A DNA stretch of 64,000 nt from Ilumatobacteraceae bacterium (GCA_044362135.1 JBIKHN010000001.1:111-64110), one strand, 5' to 3'; positions 46,642 through 57,165 are shown, numbered from the stretch's first letter. A program made the numbers and translations. The notes: generated by a model from the letters alone, not told the origin.

Positions 46642-47034
46642 ATGAAATGCCCGGACGTCAATCGACGCTTCGAGCATGATCAAGACGACCAAGGAGTGGC
46701 AGCAGTGGAGTTTTCTCTCATTCTGCCCCTCCTGGTCGTTTTGTTATTCGTCATTGTTAATAGCGGACTGATTTACCTCAATCAATTGCAATTGCAATCA
46801 ACTGCCAGGAACGCGGCACGAATTGCTTCCGTTGATCCAACACAAGCGTGTGCAAACGCGCTGGATGAACTATCGACAAAGAACATCAGCAACCCGCAAT
46901 GTGATCTTGTTGAAAACTGTTCATCAAAGACAGCTGAAATACAGCTATCTGCATTTCAGCAAATTTCAATTCCATTCCTCGGAGAAAGGTCGGTACACCT
47001 AAATGCTAACTCAACATTTCTTTGCTCTCCGTAA
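46642..47034 (+). CDS. tadE: TadE-like pseudopilin
   Basis: 130 aa. DQGVAAVEFSLILPLLVVLLF TadE N-terminal motif. Confidence 0.75.
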   Translation: MKCPDVNRRFEHDQDDQGVAAVEFSLILPLLVVLLFVIVNSGLIYLNQLQLQSTARNAARIASVDPTQACANALDELSTKNISNPQCDLVENCSSKTAEIQLSAFQQISIPFLGERSVHLNANSTFLCSP

Positions 47035-47977
47035 GCAGAACCAATCCAATGCGCAACATGATCGTGGGTCAATTGCGCTCATTACCGCTGTCGCATTCTT
47101 GCCACTCTCACTTTCGTTTGCTGTTGTGGCAGATGGGGGTCGCATCTGGTCCCAGAAAACTTCAATTCAAAATGAAGTTGAAGCATCAGCGCTTGCCGTT
47201 GCTCAAAAATGGACGACTAACCGCACGGTGTGCAATACATCCGAACTCTCGCTAACGCCAAACACCAGCAGCGAAACAGTCAGTTGTGCGGTAATACCTC
47301 GAACCAATGGCGTCATCGCAACAGTCTCAGCATCTAGCTCAGTTGACCTTTACTTTGCCCAACTTTTTGGTCGCGACACTTCAAGCATTGCTTCCACTGC
47401 ATCAGTACGTGTTGGTCCAACGTCACGAGGAGTCAATGTTCTTCCCATCGCAATTAGCAAAGACAATTCATCACTCCTGAGTTGGATCAAAACCGGAATG
47501 ACCTCTACACAGGTCTACAAGATCAGTATTCAATCCGACGATGACGATTGCAGCGAAAGCGCCCCTGGGAACTGGGCTCTCCTCGATCTCAACGGCGGTT
47601 CCAACTCAACAAGTGAAACGCAGGCATGGATAGCAAATGGATATCCAGGAGTAATCAGCTCCGGAGAATCTGTTAACGGCAAACCTGGCATTCCATCTCC
47701 TGGTCTCAAGTTTGACAGTCTTATTGGCAAGTCTGCACTGCTTCCAGTATTCAAGAGCTTGAAACTCTCTGGTTCAAATGCAAGGTATGAAATCGCAGGA
47801 TTTGTGAAGGTAAAAATTACTGCAATCAGGTTGCATGGCGATTCCGAATATCGACATATGAAAGTAGTTTTTCAAAAGGATTCAATTCCCGGAGACCCTG
47901 GTTCAACGAGTACGCAGAATTTTGGACTCACCTCCTGGTCCGTCTGTTCATTTGACGGCAACGGAGACTGCTCGTGA
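47003..47977 (+). CDS. tadG: TadG-like pilus assembly protein
   Basis: 324 aa. HDRGSIALITAVAFLPL N-terminal Tad motif. C-terminal ..YEIAGFVKVKI.. region as in TadG-related proteins. Confidence 0.6.
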   Translation: MLTQHFFALRKQNQSNAQHDRGSIALITAVAFLPLSLSFAVVADGGRIWSQKTSIQNEVEASALAVAQKWTTNRTVCNTSELSLTPNTSSETVSCAVIPRTNGVIATVSASSSVDLYFAQLFGRDTSSIASTASVRVGPTSRGVNVLPIAISKDNSSLLSWIKTGMTSTQVYKISIQSDDDDCSESAPGNWALLDLNGGSNSTSETQAWIANGYPGVISSGESVNGKPGIPSPGLKFDSLIGKSALLPVFKSLKLSGSNARYEIAGFVKVKITAIRLHGDSEYRHMKVVFQKDSIPGDPGSTSTQNFGLTSWSVCSFDGNGDCS

Positions 47978-48585
47978 AGATCAGCAGGAAGATTAAGAGA
48001 TTCATTCCAGCGACGGCAATTTTCTTGCTCGTCACCTTAGGACTGCTTCAGTTGATTCCAAATGAACAGAATGCCGTGGTTGCTACCGAATTGACTCCCA
48101 CAGTTGTATTCACACAGATCGCTACTGCTGGAACAAATAGTTCAGATCTACGGGCTCAAATTGAAATCCGAATGCTGGAGCCGCAGTCTCGCGCAAGTGG
48201 ATCACTCTCTTCATTTGACGAAATACCAGAGGGCGTATTGGTTTCGGACCACGTTGAAGGACAACAGCTATTGATCAGTTCAATTGCAGCAAACGCCGTA
48301 GAGGGTCTCGGAGCTGGATTCGTCGCAATTTCTGTCGCCATGGATAGCCAACGTTGGCTTGGACCTTTGCTCTCTACGGGCACAACGGTTGACGTGTATG
48401 AAATTGTTGGAGACGTGTCAACTCGAATTGCTCAGAACGCTGTAATTCTCAACGAGCCATCAACAGATGACCCCGCTTCAAACGATCAGCAAATTGTCTC
48501 ACTAGCAGTCCCAGGAACATCACTTAATCAAGTACTCGTCGCCGCGAATGAAAACCGCTTGTGGCTAGTAGGAGTTGGAAAGTAG
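47974..48585 (+). CDS. cpaB: CpaB/RcpC-like Flp pilus assembly protein
   Basis: 203 aa. N-terminal TM, SAF-like segment, then an RcpC-like GFVAISVAMD..GTTVDVYE..VSLAVPGTSLNQVLVAANE region. Confidence 0.6.
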   Translation: MKISRKIKRFIPATAIFLLVTLGLLQLIPNEQNAVVATELTPTVVFTQIATAGTNSSDLRAQIEIRMLEPQSRASGSLSSFDEIPEGVLVSDHVEGQQLLISSIAANAVEGLGAGFVAISVAMDSQRWLGPLLSTGTTVDVYEIVGDVSTRIAQNAVILNEPSTDDPASNDQQIVSLAVPGTSLNQVLVAANENRLWLVGVGK

Positions 48586-48587
48586 TC

Positions 48588-49367
48588 ATGAACATTTTAC
48601 AAAAGTCACCGGTCATTGCAGTTGTATCTCCAAAAGGTGGAAATGGAAAGAGCACCGTTTCTGCGAGTTTGGCAGTCGCCATTGCCCGACATAGACCTGC
48701 ATTCTTGATTGACTTAGATATTCATTTCGGCGATGTTGAATATGCATTGAGGTTTCAACCTGCACATCGACTCAATGACGCTGTCAATCGACTTGCTTCA
48801 AATCGACAGGCCGATATCGCATCGCTTCTCACTTCGCATCCAACTGGAGTTGATGCCCTCTGTGCCCCAAACAGTCCTATTGAAGCAGACCGCTTAAGCA
48901 CCCAAGATGTTTTCAATGTGGTGGACAACCTCATTGCTATCGGACGCCCTCTGATTTTGGACACAGCAAGCGGAATCAGCGATTTTGCACTTGGCGCATT
49001 AGACCGTGCCACGCACATACTGCTTGTCAGCGGAACGGACGTTCCTTCGGTGCAAGCTGGACGCAAACTTCTTGAGACTATGAAGCAGCTGGAAATGCCG
49101 ATGGATCGGATTCAGCTCGTCGTCAATCGCTCCACCACACAAATTGGCCTGTCAGTTAAAGATGTGGAGAAAGTGCTTGGACTTCCCGCATCGCTTGAAA
49201 TTCCGGAACATCAAAGTGTTGCCGCAGCAATGAACCAAGGCTCTCCAGTTACCGAGTCTTCGCCTAATGGTTCAATTGCGAAGTCTTTTTATAACTTTTC
49301 AGAGTCAATTTTAGGAATAAAGGAGTCTGCGCAACGTAAGCGCCTGCTTATTGGGAACAGAGCATGA
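48588..49367 (+). CDS. tadZ: TadZ/CpaE-like ParA/MinD-family ATPase
   Basis: ORF 48561..49367 trimmed to ATG 48588. Deviant Walker A VVSPKGGNGKST. Confidence 0.7.
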   Translation: MNILQKSPVIAVVSPKGGNGKSTVSASLAVAIARHRPAFLIDLDIHFGDVEYALRFQPAHRLNDAVNRLASNRQADIASLLTSHPTGVDALCAPNSPIEADRLSTQDVFNVVDNLIAIGRPLILDTASGISDFALGALDRATHILLVSGTDVPSVQAGRKLLETMKQLEMPMDRIQLVVNRSTTQIGLSVKDVEKVLGLPASLEIPEHQSVAAAMNQGSPVTESSPNGSIAKSFYNFSESILGIKESAQRKRLLIGNRA

Positions 49368-50653
49368 GTCTTGCAACTCGCGCCGACAGAGTTGCATCAA
49401 CCGGAACAAAACCTCAGTTAGTCGATAACCGTTCCATTGGGTACGAGCCACCACCAAAAGAATCCGTTCTCATCGTCGTTGACACAGTACGCGAGCGCCT
49501 TTCTGAAGTTCCAGAACGCGTGTCGATGAATGACGAACAGTTACGTGCATTAGTGGAAAGCCACATAAACACAGTGATGTCCCAGTCAACCGAAATTCAC
49601 AGTCGCGAGGACAGTGCTCGCATCCGTGCATCAGCCTTGGACGAATTGTTGGGTTTTGGACCACTTCAAGATCTTTTGAATGACGCAAACATCTCAGAGA
49701 TCATGGTGAACGGCCTTGAGAAAATATTCGTCGAAACCAAAGGCACTATCCAAATCTCTAATCGCAAGTTTGATTCAATTGAACAGCTCATCAGAGTGAT
49801 TGACCGTATGGTACGCACATCTGGAAGAAGAGTCGATCAATCATCTCCAATCGTTGATGCACGACTTCCCGATGGGTCGCGATTGAACGTCGTCTTGCCG
49901 CCATTGGCAATTGATGGACCATCAATAACGATTCGAAAATTTACATCCGACAAATTGGCGCTCACAAACCTTGTGGAACAAGGCTCAATATCAGCTGATG
50001 CTGCGGTGTTCATGCAACAAGCAGTCTCAAAAAAAGCGAACATCCTGGTAAGCGGTGGAACCGGAACTGGAAAAACCACAATTCTCAATATCTTGTCTTC
50101 ATGCATTGCTCGCCACGAGCGAGTCATCACGGTTGAAGATGCAGTCGAACTTACGTTGGACCTTCCAAATCTGATCCGACTTGAAACACGGCCTGCTAAT
50201 TCCGAAGGATCTGGTGAAGTATCTATTCGGGACCTCGTTAAGAACTCCCTCCGAATGCGGCCAGATCGAATCATTGTTGGAGAAGTCCGCGGAGCCGAAG
50301 CGTTAGACATGCTCCAGGCGATGAATACCGGTCACGAAGGTTCCCTCTCAACATTGCACGCCAACACCTCTCGAGATGCGCTTCGCCGCCTTGAAACCAT
50401 GGTACTGCTCGGTGGAGTCGACCTCCCCTTGCGCGCAATTCGGGAACAGATCGCATCTGCCGTCGACATCATTGTTCAACTCACTCGAGACGCAACCGGA
50501 AAGCGATTTGTCTCATCAATTACTGAGATTGTTGGCATGGAAGGTGATGTTGTATCAACAGCAGAACTATTTCATCGAGGCTCGGGGGGAGCTAACTCCC
50601 CACTCATCTCAACAGGAATCTCCTCACGCAAGTTTGCTGGCGGAGATCAATGA
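49364..50653 (+). CDS. tadA: TadA/CpaF secretion ATPase
   Basis: 429 aa. Walker A GGTGTGKTT, Walker B/Asp box and His box (GHEGSLSTLHAN). Confidence 0.9.
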   Translation: MSLATRADRVASTGTKPQLVDNRSIGYEPPPKESVLIVVDTVRERLSEVPERVSMNDEQLRALVESHINTVMSQSTEIHSREDSARIRASALDELLGFGPLQDLLNDANISEIMVNGLEKIFVETKGTIQISNRKFDSIEQLIRVIDRMVRTSGRRVDQSSPIVDARLPDGSRLNVVLPPLAIDGPSITIRKFTSDKLALTNLVEQGSISADAAVFMQQAVSKKANILVSGGTGTGKTTILNILSSCIARHERVITVEDAVELTLDLPNLIRLETRPANSEGSGEVSIRDLVKNSLRMRPDRIIVGEVRGAEALDMLQAMNTGHEGSLSTLHANTSRDALRRLETMVLLGGVDLPLRAIREQIASAVDIIVQLTRDATGKRFVSSITEIVGMEGDVVSTAELFHRGSGGANSPLISTGISSRKFAGGDQ

Positions 50654-51492
50654 ACATCACCACCTCATTGGCATTTGGTGCAGCGGCATTCATCTTGGTG
50701 CACGAGATCGAACGTGCTCGTAATCGAGCTCAGGCCATCACTATTGTTCGACAACAAGTTGGTATCGCCCAATTGAACAAGGTCAGCCGCCTACACCTAC
50801 TTACCTCCACGAAATCCAAACTCATCGCTGCGGGAGTAGTTCTCTCGCTCATTACCGCGATATTCGTTGGACCTCTGGGTTACTTCGTTGGGTTTGCCCC
50901 CTGGTTTATCTGGCGATCTATTGCAAAAAAAGCCCGTCGCAAACGCGCCGATCAACTTGTCAATCAACTCTCTCCAGCCCTTGAGCAGATGATTGGCCAT
51001 CTAGCAATTGGTAGCAACGTTAATGCCGCACTCTCAGAGGTTTCAGAGAACTGCGCAGACCCACTTGGCGGATTACTTCGGGAAGTTTTGGCACAGGTGC
51101 GATTGGGGGATTCACTAGATGAGGTTCTCCAAACCATTTCAGACCGCGAGAACGATCGCCACCTCGGAGTTGTTGCATCGGCCATCGGTTTGCATAGCCG
51201 ACACGGAGGCTCATTGGTTGAAATTCTTGGCACCGTTGCTGAAACCATTGAAGAGGAAGATCGCTTGCGACGCGACATTCAAAGCATTACAGCGGACGGC
51301 AGGATCAGTGCACAAGTGCTTCTTGCAATGCCCATCATTATGTTTGTCGTCATTTCAGTTCTGAGCCCCGGATATACAACTCCACTCTTCAATAGTTCTC
51401 TCGGTCAAATGCTTTCAATTAGTGGCATTGTGCTCGGGACAGTTGGTTGGATGTGGCTCCGATCTCTGAGCACACCAAAGGTAATCGCATAA
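50650..51492 (+). CDS. tadB: TadB (type II secretion system F-family platform protein)
   Basis: 280 aa. T2SSF-type layout with a cytoplasmic helical domain flanked by TM segments. ATGA overlap with tadA. Confidence 0.8.
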   Translation: MNITTSLAFGAAAFILVHEIERARNRAQAITIVRQQVGIAQLNKVSRLHLLTSTKSKLIAAGVVLSLITAIFVGPLGYFVGFAPWFIWRSIAKKARRKRADQLVNQLSPALEQMIGHLAIGSNVNAALSEVSENCADPLGGLLREVLAQVRLGDSLDEVLQTISDRENDRHLGVVASAIGLHSRHGGSLVEILGTVAETIEEEDRLRRDIQSITADGRISAQVLLAMPIIMFVVISVLSPGYTTPLFNSSLGQMLSISGIVLGTVGWMWLRSLSTPKVIA

Positions 51493-52268
51493 TGCTTTCC
51501 ACATTTGCATTTGCCTCGGCGGCAGCGATCCTCTTCCACAACATTCCTTCGTCTTGGAAAATGAAGTATCGATACTCGATGAGCACCAATCGGCGCGCAA
51601 AGCTTCGCGAAGCAATTGGGCTTGTACACGGAAACGAAGATGGCCTGGCACGTGTTGCGAAGAATCAACTCATTTCAGCATCCGTTGCTGCAGCAATCAT
51701 GTTTTTCGTTATTGCTCCAGAATTGACTGCAACGAATGCTCTTGCAGGATGTTTGTTCATTGCGGCCGGTTGGCAAACCCCGCTTATCCTGTCTCGTTCA
51801 AAAGAAAAACGACGCCGAGCAGAGATTGAACTTGAACTGAGCGACGCGCTCGGAGCATTAGTCATGGGAGTTGAGGCAGGACTTACCCTTGAGGTCGTTA
51901 TGAATATGTATGCCTCCAAAAGATCTACATTTCTCGCCAATGAGTTTTCACACGTACTTGATCGAATTGGAGTGGGTGTTCCACGTTCAACAGCACTAAA
52001 CGAAATGCGCGATCGAACCCCAACAACTGGTGTTTCGATGTTCGTTGCTGCAGTTATCCAAAACCAGAAACTTGGCACACCCCTAGCCCGTGTCTTACGC
52101 CAACAAGGAGAAACTGCACGTCGCCGTCGCAGACAGGCAGTTGAGGAACACGCGGCGAAATTGTCGTTAAAGATGATTTTTCCGACCGTATTTTGCATCC
52201 TCCCTACGATCATTGTTGTAATTGTTGGGCCAGCAATCGTTCGGCTTGTTGAAGCACTTCCAAAATGA
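51492..52268 (+). CDS. tadC: TadC (type II secretion system F-family platform protein)
   Basis: ORF 51447..52268 trimmed to ATG 51492, which shares one base with the tadB stop. T2SSF layout. Confidence 0.8.
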   Translation: MLSTFAFASAAAILFHNIPSSWKMKYRYSMSTNRRAKLREAIGLVHGNEDGLARVAKNQLISASVAAAIMFFVIAPELTATNALAGCLFIAAGWQTPLILSRSKEKRRRAEIELELSDALGALVMGVEAGLTLEVVMNMYASKRSTFLANEFSHVLDRIGVGVPRSTALNEMRDRTPTTGVSMFVAAVIQNQKLGTPLARVLRQQGETARRRRRQAVEEHAAKLSLKMIFPTVFCILPTIIVVIVGPAIVRLVEALPK

Positions 52269-52882
52269 CGTGGATAGCTCTCGTTGCAGCAACCCTTACC
52301 GGTATGTGGTTGTGGAATCAGTTGCCTAGGTACACCAATGTCGCACTACGAAAATTGCTCCCTACGTGGTTTATCAGCGCAGCCGTATTTGCATGTGCAC
52401 TCACAATTTCAACTAATCGAGTCAGCCACCCACCAGCGATTTGGGCAATTTGGTGCGTCGTTGCACTGACTGTTGGCGCCCTTTTTGCAATTGACATTTT
52501 CGAACGAAGACTTCCCCGTCAAATCAGTCTTCCGTGCTTCGTAGTAACAGTTTTGGGGCTAATCGCAACGACAAGTCATTCTCCGATTGGGCGCTGGGGA
52601 CCAATTACCGGTGCAGTCCTCTTCACCTCTTGCATCTATTTCTTGCATCGAGTTTCTCGCCGATCCCTCGGCGTCGGCGACGTGCTTGTTTCACCTCTGC
52701 TTGGATGCATAATCGGCTGGTTCAACCCATGGCTTATTGGATCAAGCCTGGTTTTCGCTTCACTGTCTGGCGGAATCTACGCAGTGTTCCTTCTCGTGCG
52801 TGGAACAAAACGAGGCGACTTCTTTGCCTATGGTCCGTTCCTTTTTTTAGGAACTGCCCTCGCAATCATCTCGCCACTGTGA
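52265..52882 (+). CDS. tadV: A24-family prepilin peptidase (TadV/CpaA-like)
   Basis: 205 aa polytopic protein. Two catalytic Asp contexts: AIDIFERRLP and LGVGDVLVSPLLG. Confidence 0.75.
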   Translation: MTWIALVAATLTGMWLWNQLPRYTNVALRKLLPTWFISAAVFACALTISTNRVSHPPAIWAIWCVVALTVGALFAIDIFERRLPRQISLPCFVVTVLGLIATTSHSPIGRWGPITGAVLFTSCIYFLHRVSRRSLGVGDVLVSPLLGCIIGWFNPWLIGSSLVFASLSGGIYAVFLLVRGTKRGDFFAYGPFLFLGTALAIISPL

Positions 52883-52905
52883 TTTACCAAGACTCCTTGT
52901 GAGAG

Positions 52906-54333
52906 TTAGAGCTGCAGGCTCTTTATCTGCAAGAACTCCTCAAAGCCGTACTCACCCAATTCGCGTCCAATTCCTGACTGCTTGTAACCACCAAATGGCG
53001 CATTGGGGTTAAAGGCTCCACCATTGACCTCCACCTGACCGGTTCGCATGCGCTTGGCAATGGCAATGGCCTTGTCTTTGTCGGCCGAGAACACTGCACC
53101 CGCTAGTCCGTATGGCGAATCATTTGCAATCGCCACCGCATCGTCTTCGGTGTCGTATGGAATCATGACCAACACTGGTCCGAAGATTTCCTCCTGAGCA
53201 ATGGTCATCGAGTTGTTTACTTCCGAGAACACGGTTGGCTTAACGTAGTAACCATTGGTCAAACCTTCAGGAGCACCAGGGCCACCAAAGATCAACTTCG
53301 CTCCTTCGTCTATGCCCTTGTTAATGTAGGACTGCACGCGATCACGTTGAGCAGCCGATGCCAATGGCCCAAGGTTTGATCCTTCAGCAAAAGGATCGCC
53401 CACTTTCATTCCACCCGCCGCGGTGACTACTGCTTTTTCGGCTTCGGCAAGTCGTGCTCGCGGCACCAACATGCGTGTGAGGGCTGAACATGTTTGGCCG
53501 CTATTCAGAAACGCCTTGCCAACTCCGCCCATTACCGCTTTAGTGAATGTTGCATCATCTAAATCAGCACAAATAATGTTCGCACTCTTTCCACCAAGTT
53601 CAAGTGCAATTTTCTTAATTGTCTCGGCACCAACTTGTGCAACGCGCTTACCTGCTCGTGTTGAACCAGTGAACGAAACCATGTCAATGTCAGCACTTGC
53701 CGCAATCGCCTCTCCAACTACCGGACCAGTTCCCGTAACCAGGTTAAACACACCTTTCGGCAGTCCTGCTTCGTGAATAATTTCCGCCAACATGAATGCA
53801 TCAACAGGTGCTACTTCACTTGGCTTCAATACCACTGTGCAACCTGCAGCCATCGCAAATGCAACCTTTGCGGCAATTTGATGCAACGGGTAATTCCAAG
53901 GAGTAATACAGCCCACGACGCCTACTGGTTCGCGCACCACACTTGAACTTCCAATTTGGCGCGAGTACTCAAAAGACTGAGCAACTGCAGCAGCTTGTTT
54001 GAAGGAGTTGATTGGTAGACCAACCTGAATCATGTTTGAGAAAGGTTTGTTCATTCCGGTTTCACGGGAAATGACCGAACCAATTTCGTCCATGCGAGCC
54101 GCCAATGCATCACCAATCTTGTTCATATATTCAGCGCGATCTGCAGGAGTTAACGAACTCCAAGATTCAAATGCAGCCTTTGCCGCTGCAGCCGCCTTCT
54201 CTACATCATCTGCCGTGCCTTCAGGAATGGTTGCCATAACTTGTTCGTTAGTTGAGTCAAAAACCGATATGGAACCTGTGCCAGTTGAAGCAACCCACTG
54301 ACCGTTGATATACACCTGCGAGTAATTGGTCAT
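52906..54333 (-). CDS. NAD(P)-dependent aldehyde dehydrogenase
   Basis: ORF 52906..54627 trimmed to [14 protein letters not shown] (475 aa). ELGGKSA and [10 protein letters not shown] catalytic Glu/Cys motifs. Confidence 0.9.
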   Translation of the reverse strand: MTNYSQVYINGQWVASTGTGSISVFDSTNEQVMATIPEGTADDVEKAAAAAKAAFESWSSLTPADRAEYMNKIGDALAARMDEIGSVISRETGMNKPFSNMIQVGLPINSFKQAAAVAQSFEYSRQIGSSSVVREPVGVVGCITPWNYPLHQIAAKVAFAMAAGCTVVLKPSEVAPVDAFMLAEIIHEAGLPKGVFNLVTGTGPVVGEAIAASADIDMVSFTGSTRAGKRVAQVGAETIKKIALELGGKSANIICADLDDATFTKAVMGGVGKAFLNSGQTCSALTRMLVPRARLAEAEKAVVTAAGGMKVGDPFAEGSNLGPLASAAQRDRVQSYINKGIDEGAKLIFGGPGAPEGLTNGYYVKPTVFSEVNNSMTIAQEEIFGPVLVMIPYDTEDDAVAIANDSPYGLAGAVFSADKDKAIAIAKRMRTGQVEVNGGAFNPNAPFGGYKQSGIGRELGEYGFEEFLQIKSLQL

Positions 54334-54466
54334 GTCAAACCTTTCGTTGAAGATAGGTACAAAATACACGCTTTCCCGGCCAGTTTGGCAGTCAGAAACG
54401 GTTCCCACTTTCAGGCGCTCGTTGGATATCTCGTAGTGTTTGGCAGAGACGACAAAGGAGCATCCA

Positions 54467-55615
54467 ATGAGTCGAGCCGCGCACACCATTCCCTCCACAC
54501 ACACGGGAAGCCTTCCCCGCCCTGATGATTTGATCCAGATCATGTGGGCAGTTGGCGACGGCATACCCGTGGACGCCAAAGCACTCGACCAGCGCGTTTG
54601 CAGCGCGATAGACGAAGTAGTGCGCAAGCAGGTTGAAGCCGGAGTGACGATTATTAACGACGGTGAAATGTCAAAGCCATCGTACGCAACTTATGTAAAA
54701 GATCGATTGTCTGGTTTCACTGGCGAATCCGTGCAGTCGTATTTCTTTGAAGACCTTGTGGACTTCCCGCGCAGCGCCGAGGCCGTTGCAGGAAACCCTG
54801 GAAGACGTAAGCGAAGCGCGCCTGCGTGCACATCACCGATTGACGTGATTGACAAAGACGCCGCAGTCAAAGACATGACCGAACTGCGTCGTGCAGCAAC
54901 TGCAAATAAGCATCAAGATATTTTTACGAGCGCTGCATCACCTGGAGTTGTTTCGCTGTTTTTCGGCAACGAGTACTACAAGACTCGCGAAGAATACGTA
55001 TATGCAATTGCTGAAGCAATGCGTTTTGAGTATGAAGCAATCGCAGCGGCAGGTGCCGTAGTACAGGTGGACTGCCCCGACTTAGCAATGGGTCGTCACA
55101 GCGCATATGCAAAACAGACCAAAGAAGAGTTTCGCGCCACCATTCGCACCAACATTGAGGCATTGAACCACGCTGTACGCAACATTCCTGCTGAACAACT
55201 GCGCATGCATTTGTGTTGGGGCAACTACCCCGGCCCACACCACCACGACATTTCTATTGCCGACATCATTGACATTGTGTGGACAGCAAAGCCACAAACC
55301 GTGTTGTTCGAGGGCGCGAATCCGCGCCACTCTCACGAATGGGCAGTGATGAAAGAACTTGGTGTTCCGAAAGACAAGTTCATTTGTCCAGGCGTAATCG
55401 AACCGCAATCCAATTACATTGAACACCCAGAAGTTGTCGCACAACGCTTAGAGCGTTGGGGTGAAGTAGTTGAACCAGATCGTTTGCTTGCCGGTGTTGA
55501 CTGTGGCTTCTCGGTCCACGTTGGTACCACCACCATCGACCCTGACGTGGTGTTTGCAAAACTTGGTTCGCTTGCGCAAGGCTCAGAGCTTGCTGCCAAG
55601 CGTTTGTTTAAGTAA
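54467..55615 (+). CDS. cobalamin-independent methionine synthase II-family (MetE C-terminal-like) protein
   Basis: ORF 54440..55615 trimmed to ATG 54467, preceded by [17 protein letters not shown]-terminus typical of short MetE-like proteins. Confidence 0.7.
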   Translation: MSRAAHTIPSTHTGSLPRPDDLIQIMWAVGDGIPVDAKALDQRVCSAIDEVVRKQVEAGVTIINDGEMSKPSYATYVKDRLSGFTGESVQSYFFEDLVDFPRSAEAVAGNPGRRKRSAPACTSPIDVIDKDAAVKDMTELRRAATANKHQDIFTSAASPGVVSLFFGNEYYKTREEYVYAIAEAMRFEYEAIAAAGAVVQVDCPDLAMGRHSAYAKQTKEEFRATIRTNIEALNHAVRNIPAEQLRMHLCWGNYPGPHHHDISIADIIDIVWTAKPQTVLFEGANPRHSHEWAVMKELGVPKDKFICPGVIEPQSNYIEHPEVVAQRLERWGEVVEPDRLLAGVDCGFSVHVGTTTIDPDVVFAKLGSLAQGSELAAKRLFK

Positions 55616-55628
55616 TTCAGAAAACACA

Positions 55629-55662
55629 AAAGCCCGACCCAGTTTTCACTGAGCCGGGCTTT
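55629..55662. terminator. bidirectional intrinsic terminator
   Basis: AAAGCCCG...CGGGCTTT stem (8 bp, with inner CAG/CTG pairing), flanked by A-run and T-run. Lies between convergent genes ending at 55615 and 55693. Confidence 0.55.
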
Positions 55663-55692
55663 TGCTAATTCTTTCCGCTTATGCGGGGATGA

Positions 55693-56256
55693 CTAGTTGT
55701 CGTCCTTTGGCTGATAGAGCATTCCGATCATGCCACCATAAACAAGGTGCCATACCAAGATGCCGAATGGAAGTTTCCAACCATCTGGGCCGTCGAACAA
55801 GAAGAGGCCATAGCCCTGCTCGGCAACGTATGCGTAAGGAACAAGCACACCAGCACTAATGATGGTCATGATGATTCCGTAGATAAGTCCCTTAGCAACG
55901 TGACCCTTCACTGGAATTTGCTTATGAGCAAAAATGCCGAACAACATCGCAAACACGATTCCGTTTACGAAGTGAAGTGCCTGTCCTGAGAAGAACAACC
56001 AACCAGCATTCGTACCAGCGATGGTGAAGTCTGCGTTGAAGTAGCTACCCCAGCTTGGGCCATTGATACCGAGTGCCAAAGCACCGTTGTACATTGGCCA
56101 AGGAAGCGTCGGAAGACCGAACGCTGGAAACACGTAACCGAAGTACGTGCCGAGTTGGGTTGCAATCAAACCAATGACGGCAAGGCCGCCTACTGGATGA
56201 CTCTCAACCCATTTGTGCCAACGCTGTGAGGCGCTAGGCGCAAGTGAATTACCCAT
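55693..56256 (-). CDS. hypothetical integral membrane protein
   Basis: 187 aa, ~5 hydrophobic segments, Gly/aromatic rich. No family recognised. Confidence 0.45.
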   Translation of the reverse strand: MGNSLAPSASQRWHKWVESHPVGGLAVIGLIATQLGTYFGYVFPAFGLPTLPWPMYNGALALGINGPSWGSYFNADFTIAGTNAGWLFFSGQALHFVNGIVFAMLFGIFAHKQIPVKGHVAKGLIYGIIMTIISAGVLVPYAYVAEQGYGLFLFDGPDGWKLPFGILVWHLVYGGMIGMLYQPKDDN

Positions 56257-56288
56257 AATGAATTACCCCCAATATGTTCATGTCGGCG

Positions 56289-56311
56289 ATTTGTCCGACT
56301 AACGGACAAAT
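56289..56311. promoter_or_regulatory. perfect 9-bp inverted repeat ATTTGTCCG-ACTAA-CGGACAAAT
   Basis: Read directly. Lies 33-55 nt upstream of the membrane-protein start (56256) and downstream of the citryl-CoA-lyase-like gene. Confidence 0.35.
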
Positions 56312-56373
56312 TACCATAGAGCGGACTCGCAGTTGAGCAATCCACTCATGAGGGATACCCGAATGAATTCGGG

Positions 56374-57165
56374 CTATTTGGGTGGTTGGTAGTCGATATT
56401 GCGGTCGACATTCATATACACGTCAATGCCAATTGGGTCGGTCTGCTCTTCCACCAGGTGGCCCAACAAACCCGCACAACGCGCAAGCAGTGCTACCCCG
56501 CGCATCACGCCCATTGGGATGCCAGCGTCGGCCAGCACTGCACCACAGACTCCTGCGCCATTCAAAGGAAGCGTTTTGCCCAGCACTTGTGAGTGCACGC
56601 GTCCAATTGCTTCGAACAGCGACAGGTGCGAACCAAACAATCCCTGCTCGCGGGCCATCGCCATCAGTACAGGCGTGCGCGGGTCACCCTGCTTGTGCAC
56701 CGGGTGACCAAGACCTGGAACAAACTTGCCAATGTCACGCTGCTTTTGCACGGCGTTCAATGCAGCGGCGTCCCAACCATCTTGAGTAGTCGGCGCATCG
56801 CCAATTTCCTTCAACTCGCGAGCAAGAAAATGCGCACAGTCTTCGGTGACGCCCAAGAATCGCGATCCACCACCAAGCAATCCCGCAGCAAGTGCACCTT
56901 GCAGCGAATCTGGTGCGCTTGCATAGGTGAGTCGCGCCGCAATTGCAGTTGGCGTAAAGCCATGATCGGCAAGTGATGCAAGCACAGCCTCAAACATGAC
57001 CAACTGTCCTGGCGTCGGGCGACGCTTGGTGATCAAGTAGTACGACAATTCACCGAAGGAATACTTGCCAAGAATTTCAGTTGCCAGATCGTGGCCCAAT
57101 AACGTGATGCTGTCTGCATCTGAAGTTCCGAGACCAGTTTTGTAAGTTTGTTTTGTCGTCATCAT
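56374..57165 (-). CDS. citryl-CoA lyase-like protein (short citrate-synthase-fold family)
   Basis: 263 aa. ..VPGLGHPVHKQGDPRTPVL.. citrate-synthase catalytic His region. Size and layout match proteins annotated citryl-CoA lyase. Confidence 0.65.
   Translation of the reverse strand: MMTTKQTYKTGLGTSDADSITLLGHDLATEILGKYSFGELSYYLITKRRPTPGQLVMFEAVLASLADHGFTPTAIAARLTYASAPDSLQGALAAGLLGGGSRFLGVTEDCAHFLARELKEIGDAPTTQDGWDAAALNAVQKQRDIGKFVPGLGHPVHKQGDPRTPVLMAMAREQGLFGSHLSLFEAIGRVHSQVLGKTLPLNGAGVCGAVLADAGIPMGVMRGVALLARCAGLLGHLVEEQTDPIGIDVYMNVDRNIDYQPPK

Noticed and set aside
54334-54627. 98-codon N-terminal extension of the aldehyde dehydrogenase ORF
   Set aside because: ALDH homology begins at [14 protein letters not shown] (ATG 54333). 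The extension overlaps the divergent MetE-like gene and has no ALDH-like sequence.
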